64,000 bases of DNA from NCBI GenBank assembly GCA_030141605.1, contig JAQGDQ010000489.1:103301-167300 (forward strand). Reading direction: 5' to 3'. This document shows positions 26,737-64,000 of this stretch, piece by piece. The DNA is from Tubiluchus corallicola. Taxonomy: Eukaryota > Animalia > Priapulida. The translations under genes were made by a program, and so were the position numbers. The notes beneath the pieces were generated by a model, which worked only from the letters and a program-made list of their open reading frames with translations, made no database searches and had not been told where the DNA came from. How positions within the stretch are numbered: position 1 is the first letter of the stretch; every line of letters begins with the position of its first letter.

Positions 26737-28507
26737 CCCACGGGTCAAAGGTCAACAATCTTGGGATAACTTATATCGTACAGTTTGTCTCATTGAGACC
26801 TTTCATTTGACATACAACAACCTACTTTTGTTAGACCCTGGAAGGCATTTGTCTGCACGACCCCTATTTTGCCCCTAAATGGGTCACAGATTAACGATTT
26901 ACACTGTAACTTATGCCACTTGATTCGCCTCATCAAGACCTTTCATTTGATATGTATGCTACAAGGTACCTTTATTCAACACTCAGTGCACTTCAGTTCC
27001 CGACCCCCATTTTTCGATTTCTGCCACATAGCTGGGTCGCGGGTTAGCTATTCTCATTGTAACCTTTGCCATTCGACTCGTCTCATTGAGACCTTTCATT
27101 TGATGTGCTACACGGTACTATTCTAAGACACTTGATGCATTTGTATTCCCAACGACCATTTTTTGGTTTTTGTCTCCTAGCGGAAAATTTTTCCGCTCCA
27201 AATCACCTATATTTTGCCATATCCAACAACTTGGCCCCACCTAACCACATACTAAATATTGTCGCCCTAGCTCAAAAACTATGGGAGCAGATGGATCCTA
27301 AAAAAATAATTGAAAACCCGACCACTCTGTGACCTTTGACCTGGCAGTTCTGGTCACGTGTATACATATATAACCTTGGCCAGAGAGTGTACCCTGTGAG
27401 TTTTGTGTCCTTAGCACTCAGCGTGTAAAAGGTCACAAATTGGATGGACCCCAAAAACTCTTTTAAACCCAAAGCTTTTTAAAACCCCACAATACCCATT
27501 TAGTTGTGAAAAAAATTGGAAAAAACAAAAACCCTAGGAGGAGTTGAATTCTAAAGGAAAAACTGACCGACTCACTGTCCTTCCCCCTTGACCAGTGGTC
27601 AGCAGTTGCTATACAATTGTACGTCCCCCACCCAGGGCTACCCACCCTGCGGTTTGGCGACCCTAGCTTGCAAGGCTTACGAGTTATTAAGCGTTAAAGT
27701 GGCAGAGAATAAATAATTTGAAATATGAACTCAAAGAAAAACAGTAAGATTTTACTATGGCAAAATCTTAATAATCTGTTTTAACTATCGTAACTAAAGA
27801 AAACTTGCTAATCTGATAAGTATCTTTGCAACTACCCATACTGTCTTGTCCCAAAATTCTTTTGACAAAGCTATTCTTGATATTGCCTTAGTGATACAGG
27901 GTTTTTTGAATGTGTTCTTCTTTTTTTGATGCGTCTCAGACAAGTTGTTTCACTGAGACACAAGATTCTTGAAATAGAATTTATCTAGAATCAACTAGGC
28001 AAGGCAGATAAAATTACACACGAAATCGAAGCTTCCAGATGTGTAATATAGAAAACAAAAGGTAAAAAAGCTGCGGGACACTGAACAGCAAAAAGATTGG
28101 CTAATGAAGTATCAGACCAGAGTTATGGTTGTGAAGATGATGAAACCAGCGGTATGGATGTACATAAGAAAAAGAAGTTGGGGTTTCAAAAATTTTCATA
28201 TGGAAAGGGCAAAAGGCTGAGGCAAAATTTAGCCAGTTACAACAGTATGTGCGTTACAGAAATTTTGATTTCTCATCCTCAAAACACAAGTCAGTCTGGT
28301 CATAAATAATTCACTTTCCAGTTCAACAAACACAAACTGCAAATAGGTAATTGACACCTAGTTAGTATTATAATACATGTATAAGCCTAACACTCATGCA
28401 CCTTACTATGTATAGCGAAAAAATTGGGGGTGGTACCATGAGAGGAGTTAAGGGGGAGGTACTAAAATGCTTTTATTCTGCGTTGCAGTTAAGCCCCATA
28501 TTTCACT

Positions 28508-30818
28508 GTTGTACATGAAGATACTAGTTATTAGAGTTGTACATAAAGATACTAGTTATTAGAGTTGTACATAAAGATACTAATTATTAGAGTTGTACAT
28601 AAAGATACTAGTTATTAGAGTTGTACATAAAGATACTAGTTATTAGAGTTGTACATGAAGATACTAGTTATTAGAGTTGTCCATAAAGATACTAGTTATT
28701 AGAGTTGTACATAAAGATACAAGTTATTAGAGTTGTACATAAAGATACTAGTTATTAGAGTTGTACATGAAGATACTAGTTATTAGAGTTGTACATAAAG
28801 ATACTAGTTATTAGAGTTGTCCATAAAGATACTAGTTATTAGAGTTGTACATAAAGATACTAGTTATTAGAGTTGTACATAAAGATACTAGTTATTAGAG
28901 TTGTACATAAAGATACTAGTTATAAGAGTTGTACATAAAGATACTAGTTATTATTAGAGTTGTACATAAAGATGCTAGTTATTAGAGTTGTACATAAAGA
29001 TACTAGTTATTAGAGTTGTACATAAAGATACTAGTTATTAGAGTTGTACATAAAGATACTACTTATTATTAGAGTTGTACATAAAGATACTAGTTATTAG
29101 AGTTGTACATAAAGATACTAGTTATTAGAGTTGTACATAAAGATACTAGTTATTATTAGAGTTGTACATAAAGATACTAGTTATTAGAGTTGTACATAAA
29201 GATATTAGTTATTAGAGTTGTACATAAAGATACTAGTTATTATTAGAGTTGTACATAAAGATACTAGTTATAAGAGTTGTACATAAAGATACTAGTTATT
29301 AGAGTTGTACTTAAAGATACTAGTTATTAGAGTTGTACATAAAGATACTAGTTATTAGAGTTGTACTTAAAGATACTAGTTATTAGAGTTGTACATAAAG
29401 ATACTAGTTATTAGAGTTGTACATAAAGATACTAGTTATTAGAGTTGTACATAAAGATACTAGTTATTAGAGTTTTACATAAAGATACTAGTTATTAGAG
29501 TTGTACATAAAGATACTAGTTATTAGAGTTGTACATAAAGATACTAGTTATTAGAGTTTTACATAAAGATACTAGTTATTAGAGTTGTACATAAAGATAC
29601 TAGTTATTAGAGTTGTACATAAGGATACTAGTGTGTTAGAGTTGTACATAAAGTTACTAGTGTGTTAGAGTTGTACATAAAGATACTAGTTATTAGAGTT
29701 GTACTTAAAGATACTAGTTATTAGAGTTGTACATAAAGATACTAGTGTGTTAGAGTTGTACATAAAGATACTAGTTATTAGAGTTGTACATAAGGATACT
29801 AGTTATTAGAGTTGTACATAAAGTATAGTTTTAGAGTTGTACATAAAGATACTAGTTATAGAGTTGTACATAAAGATACTAGTTATTAGAGTTGTACATA
29901 AAGATACTAGTTATTAGAGTTGTACATAAAGATACTAGTTATTAGAGTTGTACATAAAGATACTAGTTATTAGAGTTGTACATAAAGATACTAGTTATTA
30001 GAGTTGTACTTAAAGATACTAGTTATTAGAGTTGTACATAAAGATACTAGTTATTAGAGTTGTACATAAAGATACTAGTTATTAGAGGTGTACATAAAGA
30101 TACTAGTTATTAGAGTTGTACATAAAGATACTAGTTATTAGAGTTGTACATAAAGATACTACTTATTATTAGAGTTGTACATAAAGATACTAGTTATTAG
30201 AGTTGTACATAAAGATACTAGTTATTAGAGTTGTACATAAAGATACTAGTTATTAGAGGTGTACATAAAGATACTAGTTATTAGAGGTGTACATAAAGAT
30301 ACTAGTTATTAGAGTTGTACATAAAGATACTAGTTATTAGAGGTGTACATAAAGTTACTAGTTATTAGAGTTGTACATAAAGATACTAGTTATTAGAGTT
30401 GTACATAAAGATACTACTTATTATTAGAGTTGTACATAAAGATACTAGTTATTAGAGTTGTACATAAAGATACTAGTTATTAGAGTTGTACATAAAGATA
30501 CTAGTTATTAGAGGTGTACATAAAGATACTAGTTATTAGAGGTGTACATAAAGATACTAGTTATTAGAGTTGTACATAAGGATACTAGTGTGTTAGAGTT
30601 GTACATAAAGTTACTAGTGTGTTAGAGTTGTACATAAAGATACTAGTTATTAGAGTTGTACTTAAAGATACTAGTTATTAGAGTTGTACATAAAGATACT
30701 AGTGTGTTAGAGTTGTACATAAAGATACTAGTTATTAGAGTTGTACTTAAAGATACTAGTTATTAGAGGTGTACATAAAGATACTAGTTATTAGAGTTGT
30801 ACATGAAGATACTAGCGT
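28508..30818. repeat. 28-bp satellite array (~82 copies)
   Basis: Unit AGAGTTGTACATAAAGATACTAGTTATT, head-to-tail with no spacers. Confidence 0.97.
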
Positions 30819-30839
30819 ATTAAAGAGTCTCAGCCTTGT

Positions 30840-31230
30840 TTTGTCAAAAACGTATTGTTAGGTCCATATTATTCCTACCTAGTAAAGAACATGCTGTACC
30901 ATTATTTAAGAATCTAGGCTTTTTGAATGTTTACAACATAAATAAACTTGATACTGCCATTTTTATGTGCAAGTACCACTGTACTGCCACAATTCATTAT
31001 TCTATCATTATTTGACGACTACTTTGAGCAACACTTAAATATTCATAGTTACAGCATTCGTAATAAGGTTAACTATCCTCCGTTAAATGTAACACTAATC
31101 TTCGGACATTTTCTATTAAATACCGCGGTTCTATTATGTGGAACAACACTAATCCCAAAATCCGTAATTTACCTTCAGTCTCAAAATTTAAAAGAACGTA
31201 TAAATACTGTTTGCTCAAGCAGTACAATTG
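30840..31230 (+). mobile_element. Degenerate CR1/L2-type LINE 3' fragment
   Basis: Frameshifted KEHAVPLFKNLGFLNVYNINKLDTAIFMCK...FSIKYRGSIMWN, typical of a LINE ORF2 C-terminus. Confidence 0.65.
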
Positions 31231-31830
31231 ATAAAACCATCGTGACATTTTTTAGTTTCAATGTACAATTTTATATATTGCTTATATTGTAAATATTTAC
31301 ATGTGTTTTTTTATAATATATCCTTTTTTCTTTTTTAGTATACTAACATTAAATTGTCATCGGTTGATTGTGTGTGAATATTTATTAATACGTTCTATTG
31401 TCTTTTTATAAAATACCAGTGGCCTTTATAAGCCATGCCTAAATTATTAAATGCTAATTTTATTATTTTTAGTTATAGTTATGGTTAATTAATTTGTACC
31501 GATAATTTGCCAAAAATCTTTGTTATTGCATAATTACGTATTAATTGTTCTAATAATTTAAATTGTTTGTTTTGATTTTGAAAAACATATGTTACATCTA
31601 AGTGATGATACTCATGAATGCAAAAAAATCATGCAAACTTGTGATGTAAATTAAACAGTACAGGAAAACATCTGTGTATAGAAATTTTGGCACTTGCAAA
31701 AGTTTGGATCCATTTCGAACTTTTTGAGTTTATGTTTATTTTGCCAAGAAAAGCAAGAAGAAGCGAACATGTTGCAACATATCAGCATAATGTAAAAACT
31801 GAAAAATGCATAGAAGACTCATAGGTACTG

Positions 31831-32366
31831 TAGTGGCGGCTCCTAACTGAAATTACTGGGGGTGCTGCTTCAGAAAATTTTTATCCATTGTTTTAATACT
31901 GTGTAAAATGAAACAGACATAATGTAATTTTAACGTTGTAATTTTAAACAAATAAACATACGAAAATTTATACATAAACTTGATCAAATCCTAAACAAAA
32001 ATATTGTGTGCTTACGAATAGCCTAATTTGTCGCAGTTCAAGAACATGCTAAATTGCCAGTACACGGGTTTTTAAGCACGTGACAACTGACAACACATTG
32101 CGTGAACGACTGCACACAGTACTCGCTACTTATCTCAGTTATGTGCGCATGGCCGCATGCGCACAACACCCAAACACCACATTAGTTGGCTGTGAGCGCA
32201 CTGATCACACTGTGAAGCAAACAGTACTACCCTCACGAGCTCTGGACAGTACAAATGTAAAGAAAGAGCTAAAGAAGAAAGACTTATTATGCTGAATATC
32301 ACCGATAATACTGAGTGAAAATAGGGGTGCTGCAATTCCACAGTACCTATTCACGATCCGCCACTG
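31831..32366. mobile_element. hAT-like MITE
   Basis: TAGTGGCGGCTC ... GATCCGCCACTG termini; GGGGTGCTGC subterminal motifs at both ends. Confidence 0.5.
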
Positions 32367-32399
32367 ATGGGAAGTCTAACACTAGCGTTAACCAGAAAA

Positions 32400-33170
32400 T
32401 ATGCGTCACGTGGAATCGGAATTGGACTAACGGAAGAAGACAGCGTGCTTTCTGGAATTTTGTTGACTGTATACGTTAACGATGCACTACTCAAACTAAA
32501 AAATAACAGATTAAGATGTTACTTGCTAAATTAATTTGTCGGCGCGATTGCTTACGTTGGCGACGTAACTCTACTAAATCTTGTTTTGTCTGTATGCGTT
32601 GAAAAATATTATTAAAACGGGCAGTGAGTTTGCCACCGAAAATGATATGTTGTTCAATAAAGTGAAGACTAAATGTATTTTATTAAAAAAAGCAAACATC
32701 GTAACGTACCTAACATTGAAATTAATGGAAGAGCATTAAAATGGCACGATGGTGTTAATCGCTTAGGACATATTGCCACCTATGATTTCAATCAACCACT
32801 AGATGTTATGCGCTGCAATGGCTTTATTATAATTTGCTAATTCACTTTTATGCTTTTTTAAAACTGTTGCTAATAAGAGTGCTTTATTGAAACTGTTATT
32901 TTCATATTGTATGTCATTCTATGTTTAATTTAACAGACAGTATTGATCTACTAGCAGTGGAATATAGAAAGATTTAACACCGTGTTCTTCAAATTCCAAA
33001 AAATTCTCATTGTAGTATGACAACATGTATTGCTGATACGTATCTTCTTACAAAGATGATTGTTAAACGTACTCCGAATCTCTCGAAATCTATTGATAGC
33101 TCGAATAATGACCTCTTGAGTGCATTATGAGTCTTAAATGCTCACTGTAGCTTAACAACGTTGGGAAAGA
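32400..33170 (+). mobile_element. Highly degenerate LINE reverse transcriptase fragment
   Basis: SVLSGILLTVYVNDALLKLKNNRLRCY...VGAIAYVGDVTLL resembles the RT motifs LSPxLFxxYxDD...YADD; contains stops. Confidence 0.55.
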
Positions 33171-33189
33171 ATAACATTTTTGTATATTA

Positions 33190-33840
33190 TTATTATGATG
33201 ATGTTCATCCTTCGAATCGAAGATGACCGTAGTCACAGGGATAAAAGGTCAGTTTGGGGGGGTTGTCATTCTTTTGATGAGCTCGAAGGTGACTGACTAG
33301 GCCAATTCTAGCCTGGAAACTTCTTTGGCATTTGGCACAGGTGAGGCTGGGTCTTTGGACCTGTTGTTGGGCAGTGTCACATGCCTTGCGTCTCCTGTGC
33401 TTCTCCTCTGCCTCCTCAATTCTTTTCGTCTCTGTTGTCTTAGCCCCTGAGGTGATGACACTCCGCCATGCTGAGTGATCTTGTGCAAGGGTTTCCATTG
33501 AGCGGATATCCATGCTGAGCTCCTTGAGTGAGTCCTTCAAGCTGTCTTTGAAGCGTTTCTTTGGCCGTCGAACCTTTTTCTTCCAGACACAACCTCTTGT
33601 GCAAGGGTTTCCATTGAGCGAATAGCCATGCTGAGCTCCTTGAGTGAGTCCTTCAAGCTGTCTTTGAAGCGTTTCTTTGGTCGTCCAACCTTTCTCTTCC
33701 AGACACAACCTCTTGTGCAAGGGTTTCCATTGAGCGAATAGCCATGCTGAGCTCCTTGAGTGAGGCCTTCAAGCTGTCTTTGAAGCGTTTCTTTGGCCGT
33801 CGAACCTTTCTCTTTCCAGACACAAGTTCTCCATATAAAC
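33190..33840 (-). mobile_element. RTE-clade LINE 3' end with an internal 116-bp triplication
   Basis: RPKKRFKDSLKDSLK...LAQDHSAWRS...CAKCQRSFQARIGLVSHLRAH (RTE C2H2-like end); tail TTCGAAGGATGAACATCATCATAATAA; repeat units start at 33481, 33597 and 33713. Confidence 0.88.
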
Positions 33841-34145
33841 TATTATATATTATAGTTTTAATGACTGTGATATGAACATATCATAGTATGTGGTAGCATA
33901 TGAACTTTATTAGACGTTGAACAACATAATCTTAATACCCAGATTTACGTACGATGAAATTGAAACTATGTTACCAACACTTTTAATCAATTAATTAATT
34001 ACATTTTAGTTACATTGCTACTATTTTACTCACCTGTCAATGTGTTGCATTATGATATGCGAATAAAGACTATGTATATTGCGGGTCGTTTTCAATTCGG
34101 GAGCAAATCAGTTAGTTACATTAATTTTTAGGACGTACTAATTTT

Positions 34146-34403
34146 CAGGGTCTATTTCAGCCTGAGCGAGGCCCAGGGAAGTGGGACGTGTGAGGCCCCT
34201 TCAGGAGTGGTTTTTTTTTTAATTTTTGAACTGCTAGAACCCCGGAGAAGCATTTTCGAAGAGAAAATATGGAGTTATACAGTTGTAAAGAGGGAGAGAG
34301 GAGGCAGTATGTTCGGCCAAAGCCAAAAAATATTACCTCGGCGTGAGGCCCCCTTGGAGGGTGAGGCCCCGGGGAATATCCCCTCCTCTCGAAATAGGCC
34401 CAG
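34146..34403 (+). mobile_element. hAT MITE family B, copy 2 (internally deleted), just upstream of the dipeptidase start
   Basis: TIR CAGGGTCTATTTC / GAAATAGGCCCAG; TSD CTAATTTT/CAAATTTT. Confidence 0.8.
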
Positions 34404-34686
34404 CAAATTTTCACCGGCAGCTACTCACTCTTACCCAATTAAACAGATAAATTTCATTATTCAAGAAAAGGGCTATGGTCAGCAGACACGCTCTCACGTA
34501 GTTTTCAGACGTTTTCAGACTTTCTAAATTTAGTATTGCTCTCATGCGTTTATTTGATTGGTAACCGTGGGAGTGTCTACATTGAGTGCCAGCACATCAC
34601 GTGATATTAGACGAAATAAATATATATACGACTTTCAGTTTGCAAAAATGTTTCATAAGTTTCATAACACATAACAAGACCACTGC

Positions 34687-57528
<22,842 letters not shown>

Positions 57529-57686
57529 GTAAGATGATACTTATAGACTCTTATAAATATGTATATATGTAATCTTATTGATTCACGTGTATCAGTAAAA
57601 TTTGATTTAATGAAAAAATATGAAGCCAGCTATCAAAACTGAATCAAGCATCGATCAATTAAATATTGTAAATAATTACCGGAAAA

Positions 57687-57957
57687 CAGGGCCTATTTCA
57701 GCCTAGGCGAGGCCCGGGGAAGTGGGGCATGTTAGGCCCTTTCGGGGGGGGGGGGGGGGCGAAGCGCCAAGGGGTGGGCCCAACCATGGTTGGCGCCCAG
57801 AGAATTTTTGAAATGCTATAACGCCGGAGAAGCATTTTCGAAGAGAAAATATGGAGTTATAGAGTTGTTAAAGGAAAGAACAATTGAAAGAAAAACTGCT
57901 TTATTCTCAAGACCAGTCCTTAATACTTGTTAATACAGGCAAACGGCATGCATGTGG

Positions 57958-57994
<37 letters not shown>

Positions 57995-57997
57995 AGG

Positions 57998-58035
<38 letters not shown>

Positions 58036-58143
58036 GCAGTATGTTCGCATAAAGCAAAAAAAAAATTTACCTTGGCGCGAGGCCCCCTGGAGGGTGAGGC
58101 CCCGGGGAAGTATCCCCACTTCCCCCCCTTGAAATACGCCCTG
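57687..58143 (+). mobile_element. hAT MITE family B, copy 3, with expanded (GA)n
   Basis: TIR CAGGGCCTATTTCA / TGAAATACGCCCTG; perfect TSD CCGGAAAA. Confidence 0.9.
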
Positions 58144-58428
58144 CCGGAAAACTTAATTTTATCGTTTTTTTGTTGTTGACTTGTGTGTTCTTGTTTGCGT
58201 TTCAGAGTTTTCTCCTACATGTAGGCTGTTTAACAGGTTCACTTCTCACCGTTAATACAAACAGTTAATTTTTGCTTTATTCGATAATAACTTACATTTT
58301 TATTTTCTTAAAAACAAAATATCATTTAAGGGACAACCATATCAGAAACCACAAGATATGTGCATTTGGATGCTTTAACATTTAAAATCAAACATAAAAT
58401 CAAGGCCCGAAATCATTTAGAATGAAAG

Positions 58429-59898
58429 ATGTCCTTTCTAATAAACGTCATAATTGATTTAATTGATAACTTAGCCGCTCCTTTAACACATATAATCAAT
58501 TGCTCATTAACAACAGGAAAATTACCTTATCAACTTAAAAAATCAGTAATTATTCCTGTGTTTAAGGCTAAAGACTCCTTAGATATTAATAACTATAGAC
58601 CCATATCATTATTACCTTTTTTCTCTAAAATATTAGAAAAAATAGTCCATAAAAGATTATTAGACTACTTGACTATACATAGTGTACTTTATAATCATCA
58701 GTATGGCTTTAGAAAGGGTAGTTCTACACAGCTAGCCCTAATAAATATAATAAACAACGTAATTAATTCATTAGAACAAAATGCTGTTGCCATTGGCATT
58801 TTTTGCGATCTCTCTAAGGCCTTTGATACAGTTAATCATGCTATTCTGTTAGATAAGTTATTCCACTATGGCATTAGAGGGGTCGCATACTCATGGTTTG
58901 CTAATTACCTCAAGGATCGAACTCAAGCAGTCAAATGTAACAATGTTTTTTCCAACGAAGCAATAGTCACACACGGAGTACCCCAGGGATCTATTTTGGG
59001 ACCTCTGTTGTTTTTAATATACATTAATGACTTACAAAACTGTATTACTGACAATGGAAAGATCTTCCAATTTGCTGATGACACAAGTATTTTTTTCAAG
59101 ATCAGCAGCAAGTTACTTAACACTAATATTATTAATAGTGAACTCAGTAAAATTACAGCCTGGTTTAAAATCAATAAATTAGCACTAAACTCAACTAAAA
59201 CTAAATACATTTTATTCAGAGCTCGTAACAAACCTATAAATATGAACAGTATTATAAAAATTGATGGTAATGCTGTAGAACAAGTAAGTGAAATGAAGTT
59301 CCTACGGGTTATGTTAAATGAACACCTAGATTGGAAACCACACTTAAACATGATTCATTCTAAAGTTGCTAAAAACATCGGGTTAATCAGTCGAGTTAAA
59401 CATTGTTTTACAAAAGAACACCTAATCACTCTTTATAATTGTCTAGTACTGCCACACTTAACCTACTGTAATATACTTTGGGGGCACACCTACCCTTCAA
59501 CTCTAGTTAAACTAAACTCTCTACAACGTAAATTTATAAGATCGATAGGTAATTTGAACAAGCGTGAACATGTAGGTCTTAATCTTTTTAAGAATTATTC
59601 TATTCTAGTGCTAAATGATCTAATAAACCTGAATACCGCTGTGTTCATCTACAAAACCAAACATAAACTTCACCCAGCTTTCTTTTTAAACCCATTATCT
59701 ATTAACGTAAGTCATTACTCAACAAGATTTAACGAATTTTGTATTAAGTATTGCAGGACTGACGCGGCAAGGCACTTCATCACTAACACTGACCCTAGAC
59801 TTTGGAATAACATAAACGAATACATAAAAAATTCTTTATCTATAAATAACTTCAAAAGAAATTTTAAAAATGAAATCTTTTCTAATTATACAGAATAA
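58429..59898 (+). mobile_element. CR1/L2-type LINE ORF2, 5'-truncated, intact RT frame (489 aa)
   Basis: NNYRPISLLP, HQYGFRKG, DLSKAFDTVNH, GVPQGSILGPLLFLIYINDL and QFADDT motifs; no endonuclease domain. Confidence 0.93.
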
Positions 59899-62031
59899 AT
59901 CAATTTGATTAATTCAATTTTTACATTTCTATAGTTCACGTTACTTTCATCAATTTCTTCTACTCCTTTACTGCTCTTTTCTATTACACTCAGTCCACAT
60001 TCATTTGGGGTACTCTAAACAAGTAATTACTTCTTGAGTACCCCACGGGTCATTTGCGGCTTGGCATCTTGAACACATAATAATAAATATATTATTAAAT
60101 ACTTTTATGTACAATGCTGTAATGATCATTGTGGATATATTTAATAAATAAATAAAAATAAAAAACACAGATGAAGAAAATCTGAAGAATCTCAATAAAT
60201 GAGCTTTTAGTATTCATCTAAGAGTAAGTCCTCGCTTAACACGCCCCACTTAGCAACTCGCTTAACGTGCCCCACTTAGCATCGTTTTCATTTTAATGTT
60301 GTCACATTTTTTCCTTTAACGTTGCATTTTGCTGGAACGCATTAGCTTCGTTGAGTTAAAACTTAATGTCCTAAACACGTACGCACCTAACGAAATGTTT
60401 GGATAATTAATAGTTAACTTGCTTTTTTATATTGAATTTTTTAAATGGCTTGGGTTCATCTGACTGTTGAGCCTAAGGCACACTTCAAAGCTATTTCAAA
60501 TGATTTCTGAAGTTAATTTTGAATATTTCTGATTTAATCATTTTTATTATGGTTCGTAGGCTTATTTTCAATGTCTTTTCCTACATAATTTCTTGGACAG
60601 ATGTTATGATTCATTCTTACACACTGGTGATTGGTTATTGTCTTGTAAACACACGTGCATCAACGGAAGTTTTCATGAGAAGGACCCGGATGTGAAAACA
60701 ACTACGCCAACAACCAATCAAGAGCCTGCAGAGTTGAGCGCGTGATTCAGTATACTGCCTATCAAGGTCTATACACGTGATCCGCCCGTGTTTACAAGAC
60801 AATAACCAATCACCAGTGTGTAGGTGGGTCATGGCATCTGTCCAGAGTAGTATTTGAGGACAAATCAGAGGAAGAGACAAATTCTGTTATCTCAAGAGCT
60901 GTTAATTATAAGCCCTGAACCATAATAAAGCAATTAAATAAATAATTCAAAATTGGCTATGAAAGCCAGCATTTCTCTAATGTCAGTTTTCCTGCTATAA
61001 ACTTCAAGAACTAATTTGTGCTGAAGTGTGCCTTAGGCTCAACAGTCAGATGAACCCAAGCCATTTAAAAAATTCAATATAAAAAAGCAAGTTAACTATT
61101 AATTATCCAAACATTTCGTTAGGTGCGTACGTGTTTAGGACATTAAGTTTTAACTCAACGAAGCTAATGCGTTCCAGCAAAATGCAACGTTAAAGGAAAA
61201 AATGTGACAACATTAAAATGAAAACGATGCTAAGTGGGGCACGTTAAGCGAGTTGCTAAGTGGGGCGTGTTAAGCGAGGACTTACTCTTAGATGAATACT
61301 AAAAGCTCATTTATTGAGATTCTTCAGATTTTCTTCATCTGTGTTTTTTATTTTTATTTATTTATTAAATATATCCACAATGATCATTACAGCATTGTAC
61401 ATAAAAGTATTTAATAATATATTTATTATTATGTGTTCAAGATGCCAAGCCGCAAATGACCCGTGGGGTACTCAAGAAGTAATTACTTGTTTAGAGTACC
61501 CCAAATGAATGTGGACTGAGTGTAATAGAAAAGAGCAGTAAAGGAGTAGAAAGAAAGGTTGATAGAGAATAGAAAGAAGGAGAAAGATGTGATGGTATCT
61601 GTATGAAGTAACGTGAACTATAGAAATGTAAAAATTGAATTAATCAAATTGATTTATTCTGTATAATTAGAAAAGATTTCATTTTTAAAATTTCTTTTGA
61701 AGTTATTTATAGATAAAGAATTTTTTATGTATTCGTTTATCTTATTCCAAAATCTAGGGTCAGTGTTAGTGATGAAGTGCCTTGCCGCGTCAGTCCTGCA
61801 ATGCTTAATACAAAATTCGTTAAATCTTGTTGAGTAATGACTTACGTTAATAGATAACGGGTTTAAAAAGAAAGCTGGGTGAAGTTTATGTTTGGTTTTG
61901 TAGATGAACACAGCGGTATTCAGGTTTATTAGATCATTTAGCACTAGAATAGAATAATTCTTAAAAAGATTAAGACCTACATGTTCACGCTTGTTCAAAT
62001 TACCTATCGATCTTATAAATTTACGTTGTAG
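59521..62031. repeat. Large inverted repeat: arms 59521-60487 and 61022-62031, with nested inner IRs in the spacer
   Basis: The arms are reverse complements (same 64-aa spurious ORF at 60001-60195/- and 61314-61508/+; LINE C-terminus repeated at 61654-62031/-). They differ by a few substitutions and one ~43-nt indel patch (~61551-61603). Confidence 0.95.
60620..60820. other. Inner hairpin: perfect ~33-bp IR flanked by TA around a motif-rich loop (TA-TSD MITE or palindrome core)
   Basis: TA|CACACTGGTGATTGGTTATTGTCTTGTAAACAC ... GTGTTTACAAGACAATAACCAATCACCAGTGTG|TA. Confidence 0.75.
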
Positions 62032-62414
62032 CATTCACTTATTTAAGCAGTGTTGGCCATTTGAAGGGCATGCTCGGACCCCATCGCGCCCACTATATTT
62101 TAATTTAGAAGCGCCTTTTACGGCGTCCACACTTATCAAAATCACATTCACAAAATGTTGTTAGAGTTAATCGCCCGGCCATTGACTTAATAAACGAACA
62201 AAATAGGTAACTTGAAAAACAAAATGTGTTTTCTCCATTTATTATTTACAAATTCAATTTTGCTCTTTTTATGGCCTAGCTACTCATCAATTTTCAGTTT
62301 TGATTTTAGCGTGCGACCTTACCTTACTGGGATCACCAACCAGTTAGGTTGAAAATTTCAGGGGAGCTTGTGTGGCGAACAAATTTTCAGAGGACAAACA
62401 CTGGTTTCACTCAC

Positions 62415-63859
<1,445 letters not shown>

Positions 63860-64000
63860 CTAACAAATTTTCCAAAATCACAGAAGAAGCTCATGACATT
63901 CACAGCATGCAAGTTCCTAAAGTAAGCTATTAATGCTAACCAAAATTAACTAGTATCGCTGTTAAAATAAATAAAATCAATAAATCACTAATCAATAAAA

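Noticed and set aside
28508-30818. CRISPR-like 28-bp repeats (also the 41-, 46-, 35- and 24-bp arrays)
   Set aside because: Units are head-to-tail with no unique spacers, there are no cas genes, and the context is eukaryotic.
58429-59898. Domesticated or stand-alone reverse transcriptase gene
   Set aside because: Ordinary 5'-truncated LINE ORF2 with a related fragment at 23950-24471; the open frame is explained by recent insertion.
60001-60195. Duplicated 64-aa hydrophobic ORF (also 61314-61508)
   Set aside because: TTG start in AT-rich antisense LINE 3' UTR/flank; its identity only reflects the inverted repeat.
62078-62102. Minus-strand KYSGRDG as the missing Brahma KYLRLDG exon
   Set aside because: Mismatches at invariant residues and no convincing splice context.

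Overview
AT-rich, intron-containing animal (probably invertebrate) genomic DNA; not prokaryotic, and no CRISPR array. Four spliced genes can be reconstructed from GT-AG junctions and reading-frame continuity. Rab30 (+, 4 coding exons, 1963-8268) and a METTL27/WBSCR27-like SAM methyltransferase (+, 5 coding exons, 18950-25060) are complete. A DPEP1-like membrane dipeptidase (+, 8 exons, 34687-57528) lacks visible last exons. A SMARCA2/4 (Brahma) SWI/SNF ATPase (-, 4 internal exons, 63859-62415) lacks visible downstream exons. Introns and intergenic DNA are dense with non-autonomous DNA transposons (hAT, Tc1/mariner, piggyBac-, Kolobok- and IS3EU-like), LINE fragments, a 5S-derived SINE, a tRNA-derived SINE, LTR remnants and minisatellites. 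Four structures stand out: (1) a nested ~2.5 kb palindrome (59521-62031) with a promoter-motif-rich loop, lying where the two convergent genes both break off; (2) a TTAA-flanked piggyBac-like element in the dipeptidase intron carrying a copy of Rab30 exon 2 from 29 kb away; (3) a LINE inserted inside a (TC)n microsatellite; (4) a 5S-headed SINE with an RTE-like body. All calls were made by eye, without alignment or database searches.
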